DNA from: Desulfurococcaceae archaeon
GTDB taxonomy: Archaea > Thermoproteota > Thermoprotei_A > Sulfolobales > Desulfurococcaceae
Assembly (NCBI GenBank): GCA_038816475.1
Contig: JAWBAI010000001.1
Span: 139,031-203,030 of the forward strand
Direction: 5' to 3'
Length of the DNA: 64,000 bases
The notes under the pieces were generated by a model. That model saw only the letters and a program-made list of their open reading frames with translations. It ran no database searches and was not told the origin of the DNA. Every line of letters begins with the position of its first letter. Position 1 is the first letter of the stretch. Both the position numbers and the translations under genes were made by a program. Below, piece after piece: positions 1 through 8,466 of the stretch.

Positions 1-256
1 CGCCACTTGGCAGTTCTCCATGCTTTTCGTAGTACTCGTACATGTTGTCAATTATTCCTAGAAATACCGCGAGAGTTTTACCAGTTCCAGTAGGGCTTGA
101 AACTAGAACATTGTACCCTTTCTTAACCAGTGGAATAGTTTTTCTCTGAACAGGCGTCATTTCTGTGTACTTTCTTTTAAACCACTCAGACACGTATGGT
201 CTTAAGAATCCAAGAACGCTTTTTTCATCGGGTTCATCGTTGCTGTAGATAAGCAC
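1..256 (-). CDS. Lhr-like DEAD/DEAH-box helicase, N-terminal part (runs off window start)
   Basis: Manual translation from GTG at 256 (GGTGA SD upstream): MLIYSNDEPDEKSVLGFLRPYVSEWFKRKYTEMTPVQRKTIPLVKKGYNVLVSSPTGTGKTLAVFLGII. Q-motif (TPVQ) and Walker A (SPTGTGKT) typical of archaeal Lhr. Not in ORF track. Confidence 0.85.
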   Translation of the reverse strand, partial: MLIYSNDEPDEKSVLGFLRPYVSEWFKRKYTEMTPVQRKTIPLVKKGYNVLVSSPTGTGKTLAVFLGIIDNMYEYYEKHGELPSG

Positions 257-333
257 GTAAGCATCACCTAGTATTAAAATTGATTGTTGTTAAGATTTAA
301 ACCAAGAATTCCGTGCTAGCGTAGATCGAGCTA

Positions 334-1773
334 TCACCTGTAGAACACGTCCTTTCTAAATCTCAGTGTTACATAGAGGAATGGAAGCATAAACATGCAC
401 AGAGTAATGCTTGTTAAGTGGTACCCTTTCATAAAGGATGGAATGGCTCCAAACGCAAAGTATACTCCAAGAGCTAATTCTAGTGGAAACCTAGGGGATC
501 TGTACATTTTCTGGTAAAGCCCTTTCGGAGTACGCTTGTACTCTTCCTTTACTCTGAGAAGAGCTTTAATAGTAGATACTGCAACATAGGGTGAAGACGC
601 TGTTCCCAAAGCTGTGAGTCTACCTGATAACGTGAGGAACTCTCTAACACTCTTTCTACGGGACTCGAAATACATCAGTAGCGTGTATATGATCATTGTG
701 AAGAACCAGGCTAAGAATAGTGGAAACACACGTTCAACGTAATCAGCAGGGTTAAGCGCTGTGATGGTGGATAGTACCACAGCACCAGTAAAGGACAGAG
801 CTGAAGGAACATACTGAAGAAGGTATAACAGAGCTTCCAGTTTTACGATCAACGGTGACTTCGAGAAGATGAAGCACTTTAACCTTGATAATGCTGCATC
901 CAGTGCACCATAGGCCCATCTTGATTGCTGAACCCTGAAGCTTTTATACGTTGAGGGGTTTTCCACCTTAATTGCGTACTCATCTAGATACACTACTCTA
1001 TATCCTTTGTAAAGTAACCTTGCTCCAAGCTCAGCATCGTCTTGTATTCTCGCTGGATCCCAGCCTTTCAAAACTTCTTTTAATTGATAGGCTTTGTAGA
1101 GCGTGCCCGTTCCGAGAGGGTATATGTGAAAGCCGAGTCTACTTCGAGCATCAAATAGTATCTTCCTGATAAACTCCAACCCGAACGCAAGTGCCTCGCT
1201 TACTCTACTATCGAGATTTAGAGGTTCCCAGCGTCCCACTACTCCTAAACACGTATCGCACTCCTCCAGCAAGCTTACTGCCTTGTAGAAAAAGTCTCGT
1301 TCAGGCATAGTGTCAACATCGTAAACATAGATGTAACGGCCGATCGATGCATATAAGCCTACGTTAAGAGCACCTGTTCTCATTCCAACGGGTTCACTTC
1401 GCCAAATAAACCACACGTTAATACCTTCTTTTCTCGCGTTCTCAACTATCTTCAGGATCTGCTCTTTGTCTTCTTCACTATCGTCAGATACAAGAATGAT
1501 CTCGTAGTTTGGCAACCCCAGAGATTTAACGTGGTTTAGAGCTCTAGATATGTACTCAAGCGGTTCTTTTCTCACAGGTAGAATGAAAGAGATTTCGCTT
1601 GAAGTTGAAGTAATATCTTTTGCTTGAACTACAGTTCTCTTACGCTTATTCACCCTACTCATCACAATGTAGAATGTGTGAACAAGAAAAGTGCATATTT
1701 GAGGTGCAAGAACAAGCACAGCTGCTACTACTCCAATGATGTACAGCGAGTTCAAGTTCGTAGACCCCTTCAT
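334..1773 (-). CDS. Membrane-bound processive glycosyltransferase family 2 (cellulose synthase-like)
   Basis: D,D,D,QxxRW motif set (SDDS, YDVD, QDD, QQSRW); one N-terminal and several C-terminal TM segments. Confidence 0.85.
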   Translation of the reverse strand: MKGSTNLNSLYIIGVVAAVLVLAPQICTFLVHTFYIVMSRVNKRKRTVVQAKDITSTSSEISFILPVRKEPLEYISRALNHVKSLGLPNYEIILVSDDSEEDKEQILKIVENARKEGINVWFIWRSEPVGMRTGALNVGLYASIGRYIYVYDVDTMPERDFFYKAVSLLEECDTCLGVVGRWEPLNLDSRVSEALAFGLEFIRKILFDARSRLGFHIYPLGTGTLYKAYQLKEVLKGWDPARIQDDAELGARLLYKGYRVVYLDEYAIKVENPSTYKSFRVQQSRWAYGALDAALSRLKCFIFSKSPLIVKLEALLYLLQYVPSALSFTGAVVLSTITALNPADYVERVFPLFLAWFFTMIIYTLLMYFESRRKSVREFLTLSGRLTALGTASSPYVAVSTIKALLRVKEEYKRTPKGLYQKMYRSPRFPLELALGVYFAFGAIPSFMKGYHLTSITLCMFMLPFLYVTLRFRKDVFYR

Positions 1774-1848
1774 CCGAGAGTACGGTTGCTACATAAGCTC
1801 TTTACATATATATGTGCCTTCTCTAATTTAGATAATGGGGATTGGATT

Positions 1849-2487
1849 TTGATTATAACGTGGCATGGACACGCTTGTATATCATTAACGATCAACGGCT
1901 ACACAGTCGTAGTAGACCCTCACGATGGTACTAGTATCGGAATTAAAAGACCTGAGGTCAAAGCCGACCTTGTACTCGTTACGCACGATCACTTCGACCA
2001 TAATGCGGTTAAGGTTGTCGCTAAGGAACGTACACGCGTTTTCAAAATGTTCTACGGAGAGTCGCTTGTAGACAATATCAGGATCACTGGCCTAAGAACA
2101 TACCACGACAAGTTCAAAGGCAGGAGAAGGGGTGAAAACGCTATATATGTTATTGAGGCGGAAGGCTACAGAATAGCTCACTTAGGTGACCTCGGTGAAA
2201 TACCGAGCGACGACGTGCTGTCGAAGATCAAAGGTGTTCACTTACTTGCCGTACCAGTCGGTGGTACCTTTACGATAGAGCCTGAGGAAGCTTGGCTCAT
2301 CGTTGAGAAAACGCAACCCCTTAATGTTCTACCAATGCACTACTGGATACCTGGATCAACACTTCCGCTTAAACCAGTTGAAGAATTTCTCAAGCACGTT
2401 AAGAACTACGATGTGGTAAAACTGACCAAGAATTCGTTCAACATAGCCGATTACGCGAACAAGGTTATAGTACTTGCGCCTCCCTAG
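1849..2487 (+). CDS. Metallo-beta-lactamase-fold hydrolase
   Basis: ITWHGHAC N-terminus, THDHFDH metal motif, HLGD, PMHY. Start moved to TTG 1849 because the 1624 extension overlaps the divergent GT2. Confidence 0.85.
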   Translation: MIITWHGHACISLTINGYTVVVDPHDGTSIGIKRPEVKADLVLVTHDHFDHNAVKVVAKERTRVFKMFYGESLVDNIRITGLRTYHDKFKGRRRGENAIYVIEAEGYRIAHLGDLGEIPSDDVLSKIKGVHLLAVPVGGTFTIEPEEAWLIVEKTQPLNVLPMHYWIPGSTLPLKPVEEFLKHVKNYDVVKLTKNSFNIADYANKVIVLAPP

Positions 2488-2660
2488 CGGACCTACTGGT
2501 GTAAGACACGAAGAGGCTGTTTTAGCGGAGCTTAAATCCTTGAGAGAGCTTTCGAAAAAGTTCCTAAAGAAGTACTATGGGATGTTCAGCTACGAAGCAG
2601 AGGCTTTAATAAATAAAACTCTAATTACGTTTAGTATAGCTAGAGAAGTTTCTATGAGAA

Positions 2661-2716
2661 AACTGTGATGAAACTTTAGGCCCCTGATGGATGAGGAGGG
2701 ATCAACCGGCTGAGAG
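2661..2716 (+). ncRNA. Box C/D guide sRNA targeting 16S rRNA
   Basis: C GTGATGA (2665-71), 12-nt guide AACTTTAGGCCC, D' CTGA (2684-87), C' ATGAGGA (2691-97), 12-nt guide GGGATCAACCGG, D CTGA (2710-13). Guides are complementary to conserved 16S GGGCCUAAAG and CCGGUUGAUCC. Confidence 0.92.
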
Positions 2717-2727
2717 AGGGAAATACT

Positions 2728-3012
2728 TTGGCTTATACCTGGGAACCTCGATGGGAAGTTTTAGAGGTGAACTACGAGGGTATAAGGTTCAAGACATGTA
2801 GAGATAAGACAACAGGCTTAATAGCATGCCCTATATGTATTCACGCGGCATCTAAGTGCTTAGGTGAAAGGCCCCCATCTAGCTACGAATACGAAAACAC
2901 GTTCTTCTATAGTGTTGAGGACTTAATAGAGCATCTTAAAGGTTACCACATTCATGGCTTGAATAAGAAGATTATGAAGCTTCTAAGCAAGAAAACAGAA
3001 GGCGAAGAATAG
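2728..3012 (+). CDS. Small putative zinc-finger protein (CPIC...HxxxxH)
   Basis: CPIC plus HLKGYH; GAGGG SD; 2 nt from next gene. Confidence 0.7.
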   Translation: MAYTWEPRWEVLEVNYEGIRFKTCRDKTTGLIACPICIHAASKCLGERPPSSYEYENTFFYSVEDLIEHLKGYHIHGLNKKIMKLLSKKTEGEE

Positions 3013-3014
3013 AA

Positions 3015-3851
3015 GTGAAAAAATTCTGTGTTTATGGTAATCCAACGATAGATGTAATTGAGCTGGAAACGAGTGAAAAGTACGTAGCTTACGGTGGAGG
3101 AGCATACTACTCTTCACTACCACTACTGGAAGCTCGCGAAGAAGTAAGCATTTATTCAGTGTACAGTCCACTCTTAGTTAAACATCCTGTTTCCCGGTTT
3201 TTAGTTAAAAAGCAGTACTCACCTAGAGCGAACATTTTCATTCTTGAATACAAACATGGTACTAGAAGAATTAAGGTACTGGATGTAGCACCACCTCTGT
3301 ATCCGTGGAATGTGCAGGAAGAAGAGTGCTACGCGATAGTAAACCCTGTTTTAGGTGAAGTAGGAGTAGGCATACTAAAGGAGCTTAGTTGTAGATCTCC
3401 GGCTGTAGCTATGGATGTTCAAGGATTCCTCAGAGAGGTGATCAAGGGCTACATTGAGATAAGGCCTTCGGCCGAAGCTCTGCTGGCGATTTCCATGGTT
3501 GAAGTTGTTCACTTGGATATCGAAGAACTATGCGCGCTTATGGGGTATACGGAGATTAAAGAAGCTCTTAGCAAGCTATCTCGATATGTAAAAAGAGTAG
3601 CTGTGGTAACAGTAAGACCCAACCATGCGTTTATAGTTACTCAGCATGGCTATAAAAGCGTAAGTTTCGAGAACACCCCTATAGTAAAGGATAAGACGGG
3701 ATCTGGAGATTATTATCTTTCTTCTTACTTTTACAATTACATACTGCATGGAGATGAAGTAGAAGCAGCGTACAAAGCACACGAGCGCACGTCAGCGTGG
3801 TTGGCACGGCGTGGTAAGCAAACTCCAATAGCTAACTGTGGCTTAAATTAA
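3015..3851 (+). CDS. PfkB/ribokinase-family carbohydrate or nucleoside kinase
   Basis: GNPTID, YGGG substrate loop, MDVQG, C-terminal DKTGSGD anion-hole motif. Confidence 0.8.
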   Translation: MKKFCVYGNPTIDVIELETSEKYVAYGGGAYYSSLPLLEAREEVSIYSVYSPLLVKHPVSRFLVKKQYSPRANIFILEYKHGTRRIKVLDVAPPLYPWNVQEEECYAIVNPVLGEVGVGILKELSCRSPAVAMDVQGFLREVIKGYIEIRPSAEALLAISMVEVVHLDIEELCALMGYTEIKEALSKLSRYVKRVAVVTVRPNHAFIVTQHGYKSVSFENTPIVKDKTGSGDYYLSSYFYNYILHGDEVEAAYKAHERTSAWLARRGKQTPIANCGLN

Positions 3852-4208
3852 CGCAACCTCCGGAAATCCACCATCGAAGTTTACTTTACCCAGTATAAGA
3901 GTAGGCTGTTGCTCTCTCCTCTGGGGCAGACCCACATGGCTCATTATAGCTTCCTTGAGCTCTTTTCTCGAGGGAGCTCTACCAATGAACCTTAGTTTAC
4001 CGTTGATGAATATTTTTGGAAGGTCAGCGATTTCCGATTCAAAAGGATCCGCAAGCCAGACGTGTATTGGAATTATTTCAACCCATGTATTGTACTTGTC
4101 GAGTAGTTCTTCAGCTACATCAAATAGAGTTTTGAGAGCTTTATCGCTTTCTACGCTAAAGTCGAGTTGAATTTCAACAACAACCTTTTCCACGTCGCTT
4201 AGTTCCAT
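3843..4208 (-). CDS. Thioredoxin-fold-like hypothetical protein (no CxxC)
   Basis: LPKIFINGKLRFIGRAP cis-Pro thioredoxin-like motif. Confidence 0.6.
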   Translation of the reverse strand: MELSDVEKVVVEIQLDFSVESDKALKTLFDVAEELLDKYNTWVEIIPIHVWLADPFESEIADLPKIFINGKLRFIGRAPSRKELKEAIMSHVGLPQRREQQPTLILGKVNFDGGFPEVALI

Positions 4209-4257
4209 TAAATCCCTTTAGAGCTATCCACCTAGGTTTTACTTAAAAATCAAAAGT

Positions 4258-5643
4258 CTAAGTAATACTACTTTCCTTCTTGTAAGGGTGTATGTAGTCT
4301 TTTGGTGCTCTGCTGAACACTTCAAGGTATTTTCTGAGGACTCTTGGAATGGTGATTGTTCCATCCTCATTCTGGAAGTTCTCCAGTATGGCGGTTATTG
4401 TTCTTGTGCTAGCTATAGCAGTACTGTTTAGCGTGTGAACATACTCTTTAATCATCCCCTTTCTCCTTACAAGCCTTATCTTTAGCCTGTAGCTTTGCCA
4501 ATCCGTTGTATTACTGCAGCTCACCATCTCTCTGTAGAGACCCTGGGCGGGCATCCACACCTCAAGATCGTACTTCTTAGCAGCAGGTGCACCTAGGTCT
4601 CCGCTTGCTATGTTAACTACTCTGTAAGGTAGTTCAAGTCCTTGGAAAAGCTCCTCAGCATTCCTAATAAGCTCCTCCATCAGGTCCCAGCTTTCCTCGG
4701 GTTTAGCAAATACGTATTGTTCAACCTTGTGAAACTGATGAACTCTGAATATCCCCTTCAAGTCCCTAGAACCAGCACCAGCTTCTTTTCTAAAACATGG
4801 AGATACTCCAACGTACTTTATTGGGAGCTCTTCTTCTGGTATATCCTCGAACGCGTGTAGCGCGGCCAACGAGTGCTCAGCTGTAGCTATCAGGTAGAGG
4901 TCTTCCCCTTCGATCTTGTATATCGCATCTTTGAAGGTGTTTAAGTCTATTACACCCATCATCACTTTATGTCTAAGCATGTAAGGTGGAAGAACAAGCC
5001 TGTAGCCTTTACTCGTAAGGTGATCTATAGCATACATCAGCAGAGCCATGTCGAGGAACACTATGTCGTCGAATAAGTAATAGAACCTGCTACCAGCTAC
5101 TTCGCCTGCTTTGATGGTGTTTCCAAGGCCTAACACGTTCTCAAGCATATCAGCATGGCCTACAGGCTTGCGCTCTATAAGCTCATACTCTACTTTGAAA
5201 CCGTACTTCTCGGTTTGTTGCTTAAACTGCTCTAGGTAGCCAATCCAGACTTTAGGTTTACCCCAGAATCTTATAGGAACATTGAATGAGTCGTCGGGTC
5301 CTATTGGTACACTTTCGTGAACTATATTAGGAAGAGCGAGAAGAGCTTCTTCTCTTTCATCTTCAATTTTCCTCAGCTCGGATTCTAGCTTTGCTAGTTC
5401 CTCAAGTGTTCTTTTCGCTTCCTCGATAGCTTGTTGTCTCATTTCACCGGTTAACTTGGCTATTTGTCTACTGATCTCGTTGTGTCTATGTCTCAGCTCC
5501 TGAACAATAGTTAACAGCTTTCTCCACTTTACGTCAAGCTCGTAGGCTTTGTCTACGATGCTCGAATCCATGAACCTTTTTTTCACGTGCTCTTTCAGTG
5601 TATCCGGGCTTGTTCTGAGCAGGCTCAGTATACTCCAGCTCAT
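4258..5643 (-). CDS. serS: Seryl-tRNA synthetase
   Basis: N-terminal coiled arm, YLIATAE, motif 2 FRKEAG...RVHQF, motif 3 region HTLNSTA. Start moved to ATG 5643 (MSWSIL) after GGTGG SD. Confidence 0.97.
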   Translation of the reverse strand: MSWSILSLLRTSPDTLKEHVKKRFMDSSIVDKAYELDVKWRKLLTIVQELRHRHNEISRQIAKLTGEMRQQAIEEAKRTLEELAKLESELRKIEDEREEALLALPNIVHESVPIGPDDSFNVPIRFWGKPKVWIGYLEQFKQQTEKYGFKVEYELIERKPVGHADMLENVLGLGNTIKAGEVAGSRFYYLFDDIVFLDMALLMYAIDHLTSKGYRLVLPPYMLRHKVMMGVIDLNTFKDAIYKIEGEDLYLIATAEHSLAALHAFEDIPEEELPIKYVGVSPCFRKEAGAGSRDLKGIFRVHQFHKVEQYVFAKPEESWDLMEELIRNAEELFQGLELPYRVVNIASGDLGAPAAKKYDLEVWMPAQGLYREMVSCSNTTDWQSYRLKIRLVRRKGMIKEYVHTLNSTAIASTRTITAILENFQNEDGTITIPRVLRKYLEVFSRAPKDYIHPYKKESSIT

Positions 5644-5659
5644 TAAAGTCCACCAGAAC

Positions 5660-6058
5660 TTAGCCTTTTTCCTCCTGCTCTCTACGAAGGGTGCTCTGGT
5701 ACATCTCAACTATATCGTATCCGAATCTTTCTTTAAAGAGTTGCCTTCCTTTCTCGGTCATTCTTAGTGGTGTCCAGGGCGGATCGTAGATTATATCAAT
5801 GTCAGCGTCTATTCTTAGCTTTTCCTTAAGCTGATCAATTATCATTAGAGGAATTATAGATGCTAGGGGGCAAAACGGTGTTGTAAGAGTCATAGTTATC
5901 TTAACATGCTTATCGTCGATCACGTCAATATTGTACACAAGTCCTAAATTGTACACGTCTACGCCCAGCTCGGGATCTACGATGGTTTCAAGGATTTCTA
6001 CGATTCTTTGTTTAATTGTATCTTTGTTTACCGGGATCTCAGTCAAATAAATCACCAC
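5660..6058 (-). CDS. DUF59/SufT/PaaD metal-sulfur cluster assembly factor
   Basis: [25 protein letters not shown] motifs. Confidence 0.9.
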   Translation of the reverse strand: MVIYLTEIPVNKDTIKQRIVEILETIVDPELGVDVYNLGLVYNIDVIDDKHVKITMTLTTPFCPLASIIPLMIIDQLKEKLRIDADIDIIYDPPWTPLRMTEKGRQLFKERFGYDIVEMYQSTLRREQEEKG

Positions 6059-6088
6059 TACTAAGAGGGAAATAGTGGTTTAGGAATT

Positions 6089-6388
6089 TTAATAGCTTGT
6101 AAACAGCTCTCTGTACTCTACGAGAAGTTCGGCGGGCGATTTGCTTGAAAGCTTCTTGGCGATCTTGTGAAGTACTTTAACCTCCTCGGGTGAAGCATAA
6201 TCTATTGGGCGACCCTGCTTACCACTTCTTTCCCATTTATCCATAACCTTACTCATTATCTCTTGAACCTCGTCAAGAGAGTAAAACACAACTTTGTAGA
6301 TGGCTTCATTACTTTCATCTATTAACCTTACAACTTCATTACGAAGTTTTTCAATGTCCTCCTTGTGTTTTCTTACCTTAAATATCAT
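6089..6388 (-). CDS. Hypothetical protein
   Basis: 99-aa ORF with normal composition, co-oriented in operon. Confidence 0.65.
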   Translation of the reverse strand: MIFKVRKHKEDIEKLRNEVVRLIDESNEAIYKVVFYSLDEVQEIMSKVMDKWERSGKQGRPIDYASPEEVKVLHKIAKKLSSKSPAELLVEYRELFTSY

Positions 6389-6441
6389 GGTTGCACTCCG
6401 CGAATACTATGTAGTTCGTCCTTAAAATTGTTCAGCTCACA

Positions 6442-7443
6442 TTACTCGGCCAGTTCTTCTAGGAATGCGGCAAAGTCGTATGTGTGCACAGCTTTAACGG
6501 TATCAAGAGCCCATCCAAGCTTGTCTATCAGTATTAAAACTGCTGCTTGTGGTGGTATAACACCATACTCTGTTACTATGGCATCAATGTACTCTGGAGG
6601 TGTTACGTCGAATACTGGGTTTAATACCTTGACACGTGGATGCGATTTTAGCCAGTCGGATGGTACAACTTCTTCTTCGCTTCTGAACTCTATTTTGACG
6701 AGTTCTCCGAAGAGCGTTAGTGGTGAAAACTTGTACGATTCAGCTGCTACGTAAAACCTAACTCTAGCCTCCTTGGCTGCAAGAGCAACCTGGCTTGTTC
6801 CAATCTTGTTCACCACGGCACCATTACTGGCAACAGCGTCGGCGCCCACGATCACGTAGTCTACTTCATGCATGAGGTATCTAACAGCGCTATCTGGAAT
6901 CTGCTCAGCGGGTATACCGTACTTCAGGAGATGCGCCATTGTAATTCTGCCTTGCATAAATGGCCTGGTCTCTGTACTGTAGACTTTTTCGATTCTGCCT
7001 TGTCTATAGGCTTCTGCTATTAGCTCTACAGCAGCTGTACTATGGCAGTGGGTGAGCACGATGGAACCGGGTTTTATCCTCTTGGCACCTATTTCGCTTA
7101 TCTTTTTGACGGCTTCTCTGGAGTTTTTCACGAACTCTTCAGAGGCTGTTACAACAGCTTCTCTTGCTTCATCAAAGTTCGTTTTACCCTTCAGAGACCT
7201 GAGAACGTACACGACAGCGTTCGGTAAACTTACGGCTGTGGGTCTCGTCGTGATCAGCATATCTCCGATCTTCACCATATACTTCTTGAAGTCCTCAACC
7301 GAGCGCAGACCACTGTAGCTTAGAGCAGCTATCTTGAGAGCGTTTGCAGCAGCTCTGGCTATTTCACCAGCGCCCCTTATTCTCATAGTTCTTATGCCAT
7401 CTGCTATCTCGAGAACCTGCTCAGGGATGATAGCTCCGTTCAC
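6442..7443 (-). CDS. Ribose-1,5-bisphosphate isomerase (eIF2B-related family)
   Basis: IRGA, TRPTAVSL, THCHS (catalytic Cys), ETRP, GAD (catalytic Asp), NKIGT, NPVFDVTP. Confidence 0.9.
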   Translation of the reverse strand: MNGAIIPEQVLEIADGIRTMRIRGAGEIARAAANALKIAALSYSGLRSVEDFKKYMVKIGDMLITTRPTAVSLPNAVVYVLRSLKGKTNFDEAREAVVTASEEFVKNSREAVKKISEIGAKRIKPGSIVLTHCHSTAAVELIAEAYRQGRIEKVYSTETRPFMQGRITMAHLLKYGIPAEQIPDSAVRYLMHEVDYVIVGADAVASNGAVVNKIGTSQVALAAKEARVRFYVAAESYKFSPLTLFGELVKIEFRSEEEVVPSDWLKSHPRVKVLNPVFDVTPPEYIDAIVTEYGVIPPQAAVLILIDKLGWALDTVKAVHTYDFAAFLEELAE

Positions 7444-8357
7444 GTCTTGCTCACCAGTGAGAGAATATCCTCGATGGGTGTAACCTGCGGTGGGTACGAG
7501 CCGTAGATTAGTCTAAGGAGAATCGGAACAGCCTGCGGTGCATAGAGGCCATACTCTGTTATTATAGCATCAACGTACTCTGGTGGTGTTACATCATATA
7601 TTGGGACACGAGCTTTGTAGCCGCTTGGCAATTTCGCGATATCCTCCGAACTTACTAAAGCTGAGAAGTCCTTCTCGGGAACCCGTAGAAGCTCGCCGTG
7701 TACAGTTTCATAACTTAGCTTGAACGAAGGTGCAATCACAAAAATCCTTTTTCTGGCTTCCTTTGCTACAAGGGATATCAAGCTTGTTCCAACCTTTGAT
7801 ACTACAGCACCGTTTGATGCTATGGCCTCAGCCCCAACGAAGACCTTGTCAATGTCTTTCATGAAGAACCTTGCGGCGGAATCCACTATTAGGTGAACAC
7901 TATAACCAAGATTTTCCGCGTACTCTGCCATGAGTAGTCCCTCGTTTCCGGGTCTGGACTCCGTTACGTAGAGAACAACCTCTTTCCCCTGGTCATGCAG
8001 AGTCTTTAGTAGTCTTCTAACAGCTAGGCTATTGCTGTTGGTTAACACCTTCTCTCCGCTTAAAACTCTCCTAGAGGCCATTTCAGCGGCTCTCCACAGC
8101 GAATGATCGTACCTGCTTCTCAAATCAGCTACGAAACCGCTAATGCCGTTGAACCCGTGTTCAATGTAGCGCAGAAGTACAGCTCTAAGTATGTTTATAG
8201 CACTCATACATGCTGGTCTCTCAGTTAGTACTTCCCTGGTAAGCTCTATGAGTTTACTTCGAAAGAGCTCTTCGTCTCCCTTGAGTGCGTATTCATGTAG
8301 CTCATTAAGGATGGAGAACGCTAGCTCCGAACCTGTAAGTCTAAAACGAGTGGTCAT
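7440..8357 (-). CDS. eIF2B-alpha/beta/delta-like paralog, probably non-catalytic
   Basis: ESRP, DSAA, GAE, SKVGT, YDVTP; TNSNS replaces THCHS; 4-nt GTGA overlap with the R15P isomerase gene. Confidence 0.85.
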   Translation of the reverse strand: MTTRFRLTGSELAFSILNELHEYALKGDEELFRSKLIELTREVLTERPACMSAINILRAVLLRYIEHGFNGISGFVADLRSRYDHSLWRAAEMASRRVLSGEKVLTNSNSLAVRRLLKTLHDQGKEVVLYVTESRPGNEGLLMAEYAENLGYSVHLIVDSAARFFMKDIDKVFVGAEAIASNGAVVSKVGTSLISLVAKEARKRIFVIAPSFKLSYETVHGELLRVPEKDFSALVSSEDIAKLPSGYKARVPIYDVTPPEYVDAIITEYGLYAPQAVPILLRLIYGSYPPQVTPIEDILSLVSKT

Positions 8358-8466
8358 GCACCCCCCATTTAACCACTGCTTTATTATTACTTCTCTAACT
8401 GAACTCAGGGGTTTATATATACCTTCTCAGCAATTTCTGTTTCTGACAATAGTGAGAGGTGAACAC

